Below are positions 34,618 to 44,270 of a stretch of 59,696 nucleotides of DNA, piece after piece (within the stretch, counting starts at the first letter, position 1; each line of letters opens with the position of its first letter). The position numbers were made by a program, and so were the translations under genes. Origin of the DNA: a bacterium (GTDB lineage Bacteria; Patescibacteriota; Minisyncoccia; Phycocordibacterales; UBA1550); the NCBI GenBank assembly GCA_030649835.1, contig JAUSES010000058.1:1-59696 (forward strand). The letters run 5' to 3'. A model generated the notes under the pieces. The model made no database searches, was not told the origin of the DNA, and saw only the letters and a list, made by a program, of their open reading frames with translations.

Positions 34618-34737
34618 TTAGCCCATCTGGAAATGGGGGTTCTTGACTTCCGCATCGGTGCTTTTGCGGATTGCATTTACCAGCATGTTCGGGCTGGCAG
34701 TAGCGGTGGGACGAAGGTAACGCAAACTTTTTGTCAT
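34618..34737 (-). CDS. micro-ORF, 39 aa (MTKSLRYLRPTATASPNMLVNAIRKSTDAEVKNPHFQMG)
   Basis: AAGGAG 5 nt upstream of the ATG. Translated codon by codon. Confidence 0.4.
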   Translation of the reverse strand: MTKSLRYLRPTATASPNMLVNAIRKSTDAEVKNPHFQMG

Positions 34738-34930
34738 GGCATCTCCTTATCGTAAGTAGAGGTTTTGGTACAAAAAATGCTCATCCGGTGAACAGGTAAA
34801 TTCCAACGACCTGTCTTACGGCAACAAAGTCCAAGAGAGTTTCCTCAAGGACAAAACTAGTGTAACAGATTATGAGAAAAAAAGAAGTGTAGCCCTGTGG
34901 ATAACCCAATAGGTTGAACCTATTGGGAGA

Positions 34931-34963
34931 TAAAAAAATAATGGAGCCCCGAAGAGCTCCATT
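34931..34963 (-). terminator. intrinsic terminator after the 42-aa micro-ORF
   Basis: AATGGAGC-TCTTCGGG-GCTCCATT followed by a T7 run on the minus strand. A second hairpin lies at 34905..34927. Confidence 0.75.
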
Positions 34964-34984
34964 TGTTGCGGTTGCTGTGATTGG

Positions 34985-35113
34985 TTAAACAGTGGATGGT
35001 TCGCATGTGATTCCGTCTTGTGTCCCACCTTGTTGATAGATGTCTTTCCAATCTCCGTTTTGTCGGGAAATTCCGTTTCGTGACCCACCATTGATGATTT
35101 TGTCGTTGCCCAT
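34985..35113 (-). CDS. micro-ORF, 42 aa, Gly/Asn/Gln-rich with internal duplication (MGNDKIINGGSRNGISRQNGDWKDIYQQGGTQDGITCEPSTV)
   Basis: AGGAGG 5 nt upstream of the ATG. Clean terminator 22 nt after the stop. Below the length cutoff of the ORF track. Confidence 0.5.
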   Translation of the reverse strand: MGNDKIINGGSRNGISRQNGDWKDIYQQGGTQDGITCEPSTV

Positions 35114-35141
35114 AACATCCTCCTAAAAAAAGATTTAAAAA

Positions 35142-35183
35142 TCAGCAACCATTTGGTTCGTTCGTGACACTATCGCCGTCCAT
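35142..35183 (-). CDS. micro-ORF, 13 aa (MDGDSVTNEPNGC), possible leader or co-transcribed peptide
   Basis: AGGAGA upstream. Ends 28 nt before the 42-aa ORF start. Confidence 0.2.
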   Translation of the reverse strand: MDGDSVTNEPNGC

Positions 35184-35336
35184 CGCCTTCTCCTAAAAAA
35201 TGTACTGCGGTTGAAAAAAAGTTTCTCCTCAAGGTCATCTACACGACGGCTTGAGATTGGAGCAATCATCACCCCCTTTCAAGTTGTCCTAAAGCAAGTG
35301 TAGCAAATCTCTTAAAAATTTGCTATAGTATCGCGT

Positions 35337-35966
35337 ATGATTGTCACCTACTACGGAAAGCAGTTTTTTAAGGTTCAGCTCGGGGAGAGGACTATTGCCT
35401 ACAACCCCATCGGCAAGGACTCAAAAGAGAAGGGTTCTCGCTTTGGCGCGGACATTGTACTTTCGTCTGTTCGACATCCCGATTTTAATGGTGCCGACCA
35501 ATGCGCGTACGGAGAACGTCAGCCATTTGTAATTTCGGGCCCCGGGGAATACGAAGTGGGGGGGATTTTCATCAAAGGTTTTGGTACGGACACTGTGTAC
35601 GACAAAGAGAAGAAGGTGAACACCGTGTTTTCGGTAATGTTTGAGGGAATCAATCTTTGTTTCTTGGGCTCACTTGCTTCTGCTGATGCCCTCTCGCGTG
35701 AAGTGAAAGAGGGACTCGGTGAGATTGACGTGCTCTTTGCGCCTATTAGTGGGGCGGACATGCTCTCGGCTTCGGAAGCATATAAGCTCACCCTCGCCCT
35801 TGAAACAAAGGTTGTCGTACCGATGGACTACGAACACACAAAAGGCGCTCTTGAAACATTTATAAAAGAAGGAGGAGTAGAGGCAGAGACGATGGAGAAG
35901 TTTACATTTAAGAAAAAAGATTTGGATGGAAAGGAGGGTGCGGTAATAGTAGTCAAGAGCTCATAA
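35337..35966 (+). CDS. MBL-fold metal-dependent hydrolase-like protein
   Basis: Size and pattern of short beta-lactamase-fold hydrolases (YYGKQFFKV..., HPDFNG, VVPMDY). Confidence 0.55.
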   Translation: MIVTYYGKQFFKVQLGERTIAYNPIGKDSKEKGSRFGADIVLSSVRHPDFNGADQCAYGERQPFVISGPGEYEVGGIFIKGFGTDTVYDKEKKVNTVFSVMFEGINLCFLGSLASADALSREVKEGLGEIDVLFAPISGADMLSASEAYKLTLALETKVVVPMDYEHTKGALETFIKEGGVEAETMEKFTFKKKDLDGKEGAVIVVKSS

Positions 35967-35988
35967 TACAAATTTTTAATAACTTCAG

Positions 35989-36324
35989 ATGCTTGAAACA
36001 CTACGCGCGAAACCAAATCATGTGAAGCAAGTAATCTCTATCGTCGTTACGCTAGTTATTTTTTCCGCTATTTTGTTTGTGTGGGTTTCTTCGCGTGATG
36101 CACGCTCACGAGAAATGGAGGTAAAAGGCAAGACTGTCTCACCCTTAGGCGGGGTAACTTCGATGTTTGACGGACTCTGGGCTGATTTTAAGGGTAAGGT
36201 TTCCGATGCGCCCTCTTTAGAGAATATGAATACATTCGTGGCGACTTCAACAGAGAAGGAAAGTTTTGATCTTTCTCGGGTGGTGGTGATCGATGCATCA
36301 GCCACAACTACCGTGGCGCGATAA
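35989..36324 (+). CDS. hypothetical single-pass membrane protein
   Basis: N-terminal TM helix (VISIVVTLVIFSAILFVWV). Confidence 0.45.
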   Translation: MLETLRAKPNHVKQVISIVVTLVIFSAILFVWVSSRDARSREMEVKGKTVSPLGGVTSMFDGLWADFKGKVSDAPSLENMNTFVATSTEKESFDLSRVVVIDASATTTVAR

Positions 36325-36364
36325 CTACTTGGGTGTTTAATTCCGCAAGTAATTCCTTGGGATC

Positions 36365-36505
36365 GTCTTTGCAAACAGGTACTCCTTGCGCCCAAGACGT
36401 GAGCCTGCTGATGTTTATGTCCAAGACACGAATCAGCTGATTCGGAAGCAATCCAGAGATCTGCTAGCTAAGCTTGGATTGCTTCGCTGTCGCTCGCAAA
36501 GACGG
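36365..36505 (-). repeat. family F2 composite element, inverted orientation with an internally duplicated core
   Basis: Colinear with the reverse complement of 22401..22505. Cores at 36392..36402 (degenerate) and 36417..36443. Inner stems GAAGCAATCCA/TGGATTGCTTC. Confidence 0.8.
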
Positions 36506-36587
36506 AGCCTAAATCTGTGTGGGGGTGTGAGAAGTCGCTTAAAAAGCGCTTCCACAGACGTTAATTTTATGCTAATATTAAGTAATC

Positions 36588-39056
36588 ATGGCGCGTAAAA
36601 AAGAAGAAGAAACAGTATCCGAACTCGCTCCTCCAGAGCGAGTAAATGTTATAGCTCAAGATATTTCACAAGAAATGCGCAAGAGCTTTATTGACTACGC
36701 GATGTCGGTTATTACCGACCGTGCGCTTCCGGATGTGCGTGATGGCTTGAAGCCGGTGCATCGTCGTATTCTTTTTGCAATGGGGGAGATGGGGCTCACC
36801 TCAAACTCAAAGTTTCGCAAGTCAGCAACAGTAGTCGGCGATGTGATGGGAAAGTATCACCCGCACGGAGACTCATCTATCTACGAGGCGATGGTAAAAA
36901 TGGCGCAGGATTTTTCATTTCGTTACCCACTCGTGATTGGACAGGGAAACTTTGGTTCCATTGACGGCGATGCAGCAGCGGCGATGCGCTACACCGAAGC
37001 AAAAATGTCGCGCATTACGGGAGAGCTTTTGAATGATATTGACCGCGAGACGGTGGACTTTAAACCAAACTACGACGGCACAAAAAAAGAGCCTATGGTG
37101 CTTCCCGCCGCTCTTCCCAACCTTCTTTTAAATGGTACGCTCGGTATCGCGGTGGGTATGGCGACCAACTTTCCTCCGCACAATTTGGGAGAGCTTGTGG
37201 ATGCCTCGACACACCTTTGTGATGAACCTGATGCGACCGCAGACGAACTTTTGAAATTTGTAAAAGGCCCCGACTTTCCTATGGGGGGCGTGGTGTTTGG
37301 TGAAAAAGATATCAAGCATGCATATGCGACGGGCCGTGGCGGGGTGGTGTGTCGTGGAGAGGCTGAAATTATTGAGGAGAAAAATCTCAATCAGATTATT
37401 ATTACGTCGCTTCCATTTCGGGTGAACAAAGCAAATCTTATTGTAAAGATTGCAGACTTAGTGCGTGAGAAAAAGCTTGAGGGGATCAAGGGTCTCCGCG
37501 ATGAGTCCACGCGCGACATTCGTGTAGTGATTGACCTCAAAAACGGCGCATACCCACAAGTAGTTTTAAATTATTTATACAAACATACTGAGCTTGAGAG
37601 CACCTTCCACTACAACATGGTGGCGCTGGTGGATGGCGTACCGCAAACACTCTCGCTCAAAGGTGTACTTTCAAATTTTATTGGGCACCGACAGGTTGTT
37701 GTCCGTCGTCGCACCGAGTACGACCTCCGCAAGGCAGAGGAGCGTGAGCACATTTTGCTCGGTCTCAAAAAAGCGCTCGACCATATTGATAAAGTCATTT
37801 CGCTTATTCGCGCATCAAAGGACACGGCGACCGCACACGCAAACTTGATGAAGGAGTTTAAGTTTTCTGATCTACAAGCAACAGCTATTTTGGAAATGAA
37901 GCTTCAGAAGCTCGCCGGCCTTGAGCGCAAAAACGTGGAGCTCGAGCTCAAAGAAAAGCAGGATTTTATAAAAGCATGCAAAGAGCTTCTCGCAAGTCCA
38001 AAGAAAATTTTGGCAGTGGTGAAAAAAGAGCTTGGAGAAATGAAGGAAAAGTACGGCGATGCGCGCAGGACAAAAGTGGTCAAGCACGCTGCGGGGTCTA
38101 TTTCCCTTGAGGACATGATTCCTGACGAGGAGTCGATGCTCGTCTATACCAAAGGCGGATACATCAAGCGCACAAACCCCGGAGACTATCGCCAGCAAAA
38201 TCGTGGAGGTGTGGGAGTTGTGGACTTGGACACAAAGGAGGAGGACTTCATCACGCTTTTTATGTCTGCGACAACACACAGCGACATGCTCTTTTTCTCT
38301 GACAAAGGTAAGGCATATCAGATAAAGATGTACGACATTCCCGAGGGCAAGCGCGCAACAAGAGGGAAGTCTATTATGAACTTCATATCGCTTTCGGGTG
38401 AGGAAAAAGTTACGTCCATTCTTTCGATGCCAAAGTCCGCAAAGGATTCGAACCTCGCGCTCTTTATGGCGACAAAACAAGGTACTATAAAAAAATGTTC
38501 CGCAGAGAGTTTTAAGGATGTACGCAAAACGGGCATCATTGCTATTAAGCTTGAGAAAGACGACGAGCTTTTGGCAGCGCTCTTTACCGAAAAAGGTGAT
38601 GATATTATTTTGACCACTGCAAAGGGGCAGGCTATTCGTTTCAAGGAGTCTGACGCGCGCGAGATGGGGCGCACTGCAGGTGGGGTGCGTGGTATGAAGC
38701 TTGGCAAAGGAGATTTTATTGTTGGTGCTGATGTTGTTAAAAAAGATGGAGAGAAGCCAGAGCTTTTGGTCATGAGTGAAAATGGTTACGGCAAGAAAAC
38801 TGCCATCAAGGAATACAAAGTGCAGAAGCGCGGTGGCTCGGGTATCAAGACCGCAAAGGTGACTGCGAAAATCGGTCAACTCATGGTTGCAAAGGTAGTC
38901 ACACCAGTATTTACAGAGCTTGTAGCTATTTCAAAAAAGAGTCAGGTGATCCGCATTACCATGCAAGACGTTCCCACACTTGGCCGCGACACCCAGGGAG
39001 TACGTATCATGAAGCTACGAGAAGGGGATAGTATCGCATCACTGAGCTGTCTCTAG
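36588..39056 (+). CDS. gyrA: DNA gyrase subunit A
   Basis: DGLKPVHRR, active-site AAMRYTE region, C-terminal beta-pinwheel repeats. Confidence 0.97.
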   Translation: MARKKEEETVSELAPPERVNVIAQDISQEMRKSFIDYAMSVITDRALPDVRDGLKPVHRRILFAMGEMGLTSNSKFRKSATVVGDVMGKYHPHGDSSIYEAMVKMAQDFSFRYPLVIGQGNFGSIDGDAAAAMRYTEAKMSRITGELLNDIDRETVDFKPNYDGTKKEPMVLPAALPNLLLNGTLGIAVGMATNFPPHNLGELVDASTHLCDEPDATADELLKFVKGPDFPMGGVVFGEKDIKHAYATGRGGVVCRGEAEIIEEKNLNQIIITSLPFRVNKANLIVKIADLVREKKLEGIKGLRDESTRDIRVVIDLKNGAYPQVVLNYLYKHTELESTFHYNMVALVDGVPQTLSLKGVLSNFIGHRQVVVRRRTEYDLRKAEEREHILLGLKKALDHIDKVISLIRASKDTATAHANLMKEFKFSDLQATAILEMKLQKLAGLERKNVELELKEKQDFIKACKELLASPKKILAVVKKELGEMKEKYGDARRTKVVKHAAGSISLEDMIPDEESMLVYTKGGYIKRTNPGDYRQQNRGGVGVVDLDTKEEDFITLFMSATTHSDMLFFSDKGKAYQIKMYDIPEGKRATRGKSIMNFISLSGEEKVTSILSMPKSAKDSNLALFMATKQGTIKKCSAESFKDVRKTGIIAIKLEKDDELLAALFTEKGDDIILTTAKGQAIRFKESDAREMGRTAGGVRGMKLGKGDFIVGADVVKKDGEKPELLVMSENGYGKKTAIKEYKVQKRGGSGIKTAKVTAKIGQLMVAKVVTPVFTELVAISKKSQVIRITMQDVPTLGRDTQGVRIMKLREGDSIASLSCL

Positions 39057-39180
39057 AGACACCACCATCATAGATAGTGAGTAAACAATACTTTTAAAGT
39101 ACTAGAAAACATAGATTACCCTTATAAATTATGAAGTGTAGCCCCTATTTTGTGTCCCTTTTTTGTGCTAAAGTATAGAA

Positions 39181-41643
39181 ATGTCATTTCTTAAAAGCCT
39201 TTTTGGGGCAGGTGGTGTAACAAGCAAATATTCACCCTTGGTGAAAAAAATAAACAGTTTTGAGCCCGAACTACAGGCGCTTTCGGACGATTTGTTGCGT
39301 GGAAAAACAGAGGAGTTTCGCGCTCGACTCAGAAAAGGGGAGCTTTTAGACAGTATTTTGCCAGAGGCCTTTGCGGTAGTCCGTGAGGCATCGCGCCGAA
39401 CACTTGGTCAGCGTCACTACGACGTCCAGCTTTTGGGTGGTATCGCACTCCACGAGGGCAAGATTGCTGAGATGATGACAGGAGAGGGAAAGACACTCGT
39501 AGCAACCCTTCCTGCTTATTTAAACGCGCTCCCCGAAAAAGGTGTGCACGTTGTCACCGTGAATGACTACCTATCGCGTCGCGACGCCACATGGATGGGG
39601 CAGATTTATTCTTTCCTCGGTATGTCTGTGGGTGTGCTCAACCACAGCGCATCGTACCTCTACGACCCAGCTCATCAAGAGCTTGACCAAGAGCGCGATG
39701 AGCTCGGCTCGTTTAAAGTGATCAGTGAATTTATGCGTCCATGCAACAAACAGGAGGCGTATCGCGCAGACATTACCTATGGAACCAACAACGAGTTTGG
39801 TTTTGATTATTTGCGCGACAATGTTGCGTATAGCAAAAATGACCTTTCACAGCGGGACTACCACTATGCAATTGTCGACGAGATTGACTCTATTTTAATA
39901 GACGAGGCGCGCACCCCACTCATTATTTCTGCGCCGTCAGGAGACGCAGAAAGTTTATATACGCAGTTTGCAGGGATTGCATCAAAATTAGATTCCCCCG
40001 AGCACTACACGATAGACGAAAAACTCAAGGCTATTCAGCTCACTGAGGAGGGGATCAACAAGGCTGAGGAGCTTTTGGGCGTGGAAAATATTTATACAGA
40101 ACGTGGGGTAAAGTATGTGCACCATCTCGAAACCGCTGTTCGTGCGCAGGCACTTTTTATTCGCGACAAAGAATACGTGGTAAAAGGAGACGAGGTTATT
40201 ATTGTAGACGAGTTTACGGGCCGTCTTCAGCCGGGCCGCCGCTGGTCTGAGGGGCTCCATCAGGCCGTTGAGGCAAAAGAGGGAGTGAAAATACAGCAGG
40301 AATCGCGCACGTTTGCGTCTATCACCTTCCAAAACTATTTCCGCCTCTATGGCAAGCTCGCGGGTATGGCAGGAACAGCTGCGACCTCAAGTGAGGAATT
40401 TTACAAGGTGTACGGCCTTGAGGTTTCGTCTATACCAACCAATCAGCCTGTTACTCGTATTGACCGCACCGACCTCATTTTTCAAACAGAGAATGGCAAA
40501 TTTAAAGCGATTGCGCGCAAAGTAAAAGAATTGAACGCAAAAGGTCAGCCCGTGCTCATTGGAACAGTCTCTATTGAAAAAAACGAGCTTCTTTCAGAGT
40601 ACTTGAAACGTGAAGGGGTGCCCCATGAAGTGTTGAATGCAAAAAACCATGAGCGCGAGGGGGAAATAATTGCGCAGGCAGGCAAAAAGGGAAGTGTGGT
40701 TATCGCGACAAACATGGCTGGGCGCGGAGTGGACATAAAGCTTGGCGGTGACCCCGCAACAAAAGAATCCTATGAAGAGATTAAATCCCTCGGCGGACTT
40801 TTTGTGCTTGGCACCGAGCGTCATGAAGCGCGCCGTATTGATAACCAGCTTCGTGGACGCGCAGGTCGCCAAGGAGATCCCGGCGAGACGCAGTTTTTTG
40901 TATCAATGGAAGACAGTCTCATGCGTGTCTTTGCATCTGACGTGGTTAAAAACATGATGGGAAAGCTTGGCATTCCCGAGGATGAGGCTATTCAAAACAA
41001 AATGATTTCGCGCTCACTTGAAACAGCGCAAGAAAAAATAGAAGGGTTTCATTTTGACTCGCGCAAGCACGTGCTTTCCTACGATGACGTTATGACCAAG
41101 CAACGCGCCTATGTGTACGGTATGCGAAGGGGGATTCTCATGGGTGAGGTCGATGAGGTAAAAAATTATCTCACCGAAATTGTTGCGGGAGATCCTGACC
41201 TCACGAGGACAATTGAGGACAAGGTTTCAGCGCTCGGCGAAGAAGAATTTTATCACGCTGTGAAGCGTCTCATTTTGCAGGTGGTGGACATGATGTGGAT
41301 GGAGCATCTGGACTCCATGGAGTATTTGAAGTCGTCCGTAAACCTCCGCGCGTACGGTCAGCGTGACCCGCTTGTGGAATACAAAAAAGAGGGCCTACGA
41401 CATTTCCGTGAAATGAAGGAGTCGGTGCAAGGAGAAATCCTCCGCCTTGTTCCTGCAATCGGCGCAGGCGCATTTGTAAAAGAAGAAGAAAAAGCCCGTG
41501 AGGTGGTAAAACACGCTGTTGAGATCGGTGGTGGAGAAAGCGAAGCGAAAGCACCCGAACCCATTCACTCCGACAAAACGGGTCGCAACGACCTCTGTCC
41601 CTGTGGCTCCGGCAAGAAATTTAAAAAATGCCACGGGAAATAA
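39181..41643 (+). CDS. secA: preprotein translocase ATPase SecA
   Basis: MxTGEGKT Walker A, DEVDSILIDEARTPLIIS, C-terminal zinc motif CPCGSGKKFKKCHG. Confidence 0.97.
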   Translation: MSFLKSLFGAGGVTSKYSPLVKKINSFEPELQALSDDLLRGKTEEFRARLRKGELLDSILPEAFAVVREASRRTLGQRHYDVQLLGGIALHEGKIAEMMTGEGKTLVATLPAYLNALPEKGVHVVTVNDYLSRRDATWMGQIYSFLGMSVGVLNHSASYLYDPAHQELDQERDELGSFKVISEFMRPCNKQEAYRADITYGTNNEFGFDYLRDNVAYSKNDLSQRDYHYAIVDEIDSILIDEARTPLIISAPSGDAESLYTQFAGIASKLDSPEHYTIDEKLKAIQLTEEGINKAEELLGVENIYTERGVKYVHHLETAVRAQALFIRDKEYVVKGDEVIIVDEFTGRLQPGRRWSEGLHQAVEAKEGVKIQQESRTFASITFQNYFRLYGKLAGMAGTAATSSEEFYKVYGLEVSSIPTNQPVTRIDRTDLIFQTENGKFKAIARKVKELNAKGQPVLIGTVSIEKNELLSEYLKREGVPHEVLNAKNHEREGEIIAQAGKKGSVVIATNMAGRGVDIKLGGDPATKESYEEIKSLGGLFVLGTERHEARRIDNQLRGRAGRQGDPGETQFFVSMEDSLMRVFASDVVKNMMGKLGIPEDEAIQNKMISRSLETAQEKIEGFHFDSRKHVLSYDDVMTKQRAYVYGMRRGILMGEVDEVKNYLTEIVAGDPDLTRTIEDKVSALGEEEFYHAVKRLILQVVDMMWMEHLDSMEYLKSSVNLRAYGQRDPLVEYKKEGLRHFREMKESVQGEILRLVPAIGAGAFVKEEEKAREVVKHAVEIGGGESEAKAPEPIHSDKTGRNDLCPCGSGKKFKKCHGK

Positions 41644-41656
41644 ATTTTGAATAACT

Positions 41657-42208
41657 ATGATTATCATCGGACTTACAGGGCACCCATCATCGGGAAAAGA
41701 TACCGTAGCTCGCCACCTAGAAACAAAGGGCTTTGCACATATTTCAACGAGCGATATTTTACGCTCAGAAATGAGGAAGGAGGGAATTCCTCTTGACCGA
41801 CCGCACATGCATAACTTTGTGAACGAAAAGCGTGCCGTGCGTGGCCCTGGATATTTAATTGAGGAGGCGTGGAAGGTTGTTTCTGGAGATACCATTATTT
41901 CAGGGCTTCGCAGTGTGGGCGAAATAAATATGCTCAAGGAAAAATTTGGATCGTCGTACACACTTTTTGCTATTGAAGCGCCGATAGAAACAAGGTTCAG
42001 CTGGGCACAGGGTAGAGGTCGCGATGCAGATGGACTCACGTTTGAGCAATTTAAAGCACAGGAAGAAGCGGAACGTCATGGAAATGCTAATGCTCAACAA
42101 GTGGATGACGTAATTGTGCTCGCAGATCACGTGATTCAAAACACAGGCACAAAAGCAGAGCTCAAAGAAAAAGTAGATAAATTACTTTTGGAATTAAGAA
42201 ATCAATAA
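41657..42208 (+). CDS. P-loop nucleotide/nucleoside kinase-like protein
   Basis: GLTGHPSSGKDT P-loop. Size and layout resemble small NMP/dephospho-CoA kinase-like proteins. Confidence 0.55.
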   Translation: MIIIGLTGHPSSGKDTVARHLETKGFAHISTSDILRSEMRKEGIPLDRPHMHNFVNEKRAVRGPGYLIEEAWKVVSGDTIISGLRSVGEINMLKEKFGSSYTLFAIEAPIETRFSWAQGRGRDADGLTFEQFKAQEEAERHGNANAQQVDDVIVLADHVIQNTGTKAELKEKVDKLLLELRNQ

Positions 42209-42220
42209 ACATATAAAGCC

Positions 42221-42775
42221 ATGCGAGAAATAGAAATAAAACTACGAGTTAAAAATTTTGATGGATTGAGAGAGATGCTCAATGCGAAAAATATTGTACT
42301 CTCAAAGAATACAAGTCAGCGTGATATTATATATTTGAAAGGTGAGAATCATTCTGACTGGCGTAAGGCAAAAAAAGAGGGGACACCTGTACGAATAAGG
42401 TATGCCAAAGGCACGGTGGTGTTTAATCTCAAACAAGAACGCACCGGAGAGACGGATAATATTGAATATGAAACTGAAGTAAAGGATGGTGAGGCAATAC
42501 ATAACATCCTTTCTGTTATGGGCTATCTGCCACAAGTGGAAATCAAGAAATCTCGTCAAAAAGGAAAATTTGGAGATTGCGAGCTTTGCATTGACGAGGT
42601 TGAAGGCTTAGGAAGCTTCGTTGAGATCGAAAAAATGGTCCACGATGATACGGATCCAGAGAAAGTCAGAGAAGAATTATTCACGATGGCGGAATCACTG
42701 GGTCTCTCTCGAGATGATGAAGAGAAAAGCGGCTACGACACGCAGATATTTGAACTTAGGAACAAAATTATATGA
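42221..42775 (+). CDS. CYTH-domain protein (class IV adenylate cyclase / triphosphatase family)
   Basis: N-terminal EIEIKLRV signature. 184 aa. Confidence 0.75.
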   Translation: MREIEIKLRVKNFDGLREMLNAKNIVLSKNTSQRDIIYLKGENHSDWRKAKKEGTPVRIRYAKGTVVFNLKQERTGETDNIEYETEVKDGEAIHNILSVMGYLPQVEIKKSRQKGKFGDCELCIDEVEGLGSFVEIEKMVHDDTDPEKVREELFTMAESLGLSRDDEEKSGYDTQIFELRNKII

Positions 42776-43203
42776 CGAAAAAAGTTTTAACGCTCTGTCA
42801 TCTTCACACAGATACGCATGTGCTTTTGGGAAAGAAAAAACGCGGATTTGGCGCAGGGCAGTGGAATGGATTTGGAGGGAACGTAGAAAAAGGGAAACGA
42901 TAGAGGAGGGGCACGTCGCGAGTTTCGTGAGGAGGCGGGATTGAGATCCCGACCCTTGAGAAAGTGGGGCTCATGGATTTTGAGTTTGAGGGAAATCCCG
43001 AGATTCTCGAAGTCCACATTTTTCGTGCAAAAGAGTATGTCGGCGAGCCGACGGAGAGCGAGGAAATGATCCCAAAGTGGTTTCATCGCGACGAAATCCC
43101 ATTTTCTAAGAGCCTATCCACTATCTCGTGGTACCCAGTCTATAAACCCTTATTTTTAGGTGAGAAACAAGTCGGAGCATTAGACATAATGAATTATGTC
43201 TAA
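42772..43203 (+). pseudogene. MutT/MTH1-like Nudix hydrolase gene with three -1 frameshifts across the Nudix box
   Basis: Frame 1 reads VLLGKKKRGFGAGQWNGFGGNVEKG and stops at TAG 42901. ETIEEG, (A)RREFREEAGL and EIPTLEKVGLMDFEFEG... follow in successively shifted frames. Each shift is at a G run. Confidence 0.7.
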
Positions 43204-43742
43204 TGCGAGACGAAGTTTTGTAGCCAAAAATAAGGGTATAAAGACAGGGGGAAGATAGTGGATAAGCTCTAAGATGTGGCCTGACGATCCGCACTGGATG
43301 CCCCTCTTTTTTTCTGGAAAAAAGTTCCAAGGGAGGGTCCTTTTTGGGGAAGGGAACCGTATTTTGGATATTGAGATAAAAGAGATATAAAGGTCACCAA
43401 GAGAGGCGACGTTTCGCGCGCAAGGGGTAAAATAACGAAAAAACAGGTTTGACAGGAAGTAAAGGCTATTGTTTAAAAAACGTTGGCAGATAAGGATATT
43501 TTGGTGATTCTCCACTAAAAATACTGTATAAACCGATGAAAAACCATTGACTTTTTAGACTGGATATGATACGCTTGTGTTATCTTCAGTCAGGCTCAAA
43601 TGCACCCTTTGATAGGGTGCATTTTGCTTGAATTGAAATTATACAGGTTGGCGGAGGCCACGATAAATCTAGGGCACTGCGATTTTCAACCAATCGCTTC
43701 GCTCTTGGGAAAATCGGGAGCACACACCGCTATCTTATTCTT

Positions 43743-44270
43743 ATGAAAAAACAAACAATACAATTCGTGCGTGGCTTGATGCTTATTCCATTTTTGACGA
43801 CCGGCAGCCCACTCGCGATGTTCAATACCAATTTTGCCTTTAAAAACATGGCACAGGTAGAAATCTCTGTTCCAGATGAACAAGCTATACGTGCTCAAAA
43901 GATTGATGCTTACTTTGCAAAGCGCAACATGCCCCTTCAGGGCTATGGAGCAAAACTTGTGAAGGTTGCGGAGGAAAACAATCTTGACTGGCGCCTTTTG
44001 CCCGCGATTGGGATTAAGGAATCAACAGGAGGAAAGTTCGCTTGTTACAACAACCCATTTGGTTGGGGCTCATGTAAGATAAAGTTCAAGGACTTTGATA
44101 CTGCTATTGAGACCGTCGCATATAATCTTGGGGGAAACAATCCGAACACGGAGCGTTACTACAAAGATGCGACAACTACCGAAATTCTCCATCACTACAA
44201 CAACTCGGTTGTTCCCACATACACAAAAGAAATATTTGCGTTTATGGAATTGATTGAGAAGGGAGCGTAG
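43743..44270 (+). CDS. secreted lysozyme-like / glucosaminidase-family cell-wall hydrolase (weak)
   Basis: Signal-like N terminus. LLPAIGIKESTGGK...NNPFGWG resembles muramidase/glucosaminidase catalytic regions. Confidence 0.4.
   Translation: MKKQTIQFVRGLMLIPFLTTGSPLAMFNTNFAFKNMAQVEISVPDEQAIRAQKIDAYFAKRNMPLQGYGAKLVKVAEENNLDWRLLPAIGIKESTGGKFACYNNPFGWGSCKIKFKDFDTAIETVAYNLGGNNPNTERYYKDATTTEILHHYNNSVVPTYTKEIFAFMELIEKGA

Noticed and set aside
34870-35148. 92-aa minus-strand ORF in the rpsA-upstream gap
   Set aside because: It reads straight through two terminator hairpins and a T7 run. A different frame holds the SD-led 42-aa ORF.
36386-36598. 70-aa plus-strand ORF upstream of gyrA
   Set aside because: It lies wholly within the F2 palindromic element and overlaps the gyrA start.
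37872-38879. 335-aa minus-strand ORF inside gyrA
   Set aside because: It is entirely antisense to a strongly conserved gyrA frame. Its composition is low-complexity (Leu/Phe/Cys-rich), typical of shadow ORFs, and it has no SD.
41395-42039. 214-aa minus-strand ORF spanning the secA 3' end and the kinase-like gene
   Set aside because: It is antisense to two well-supported genes.
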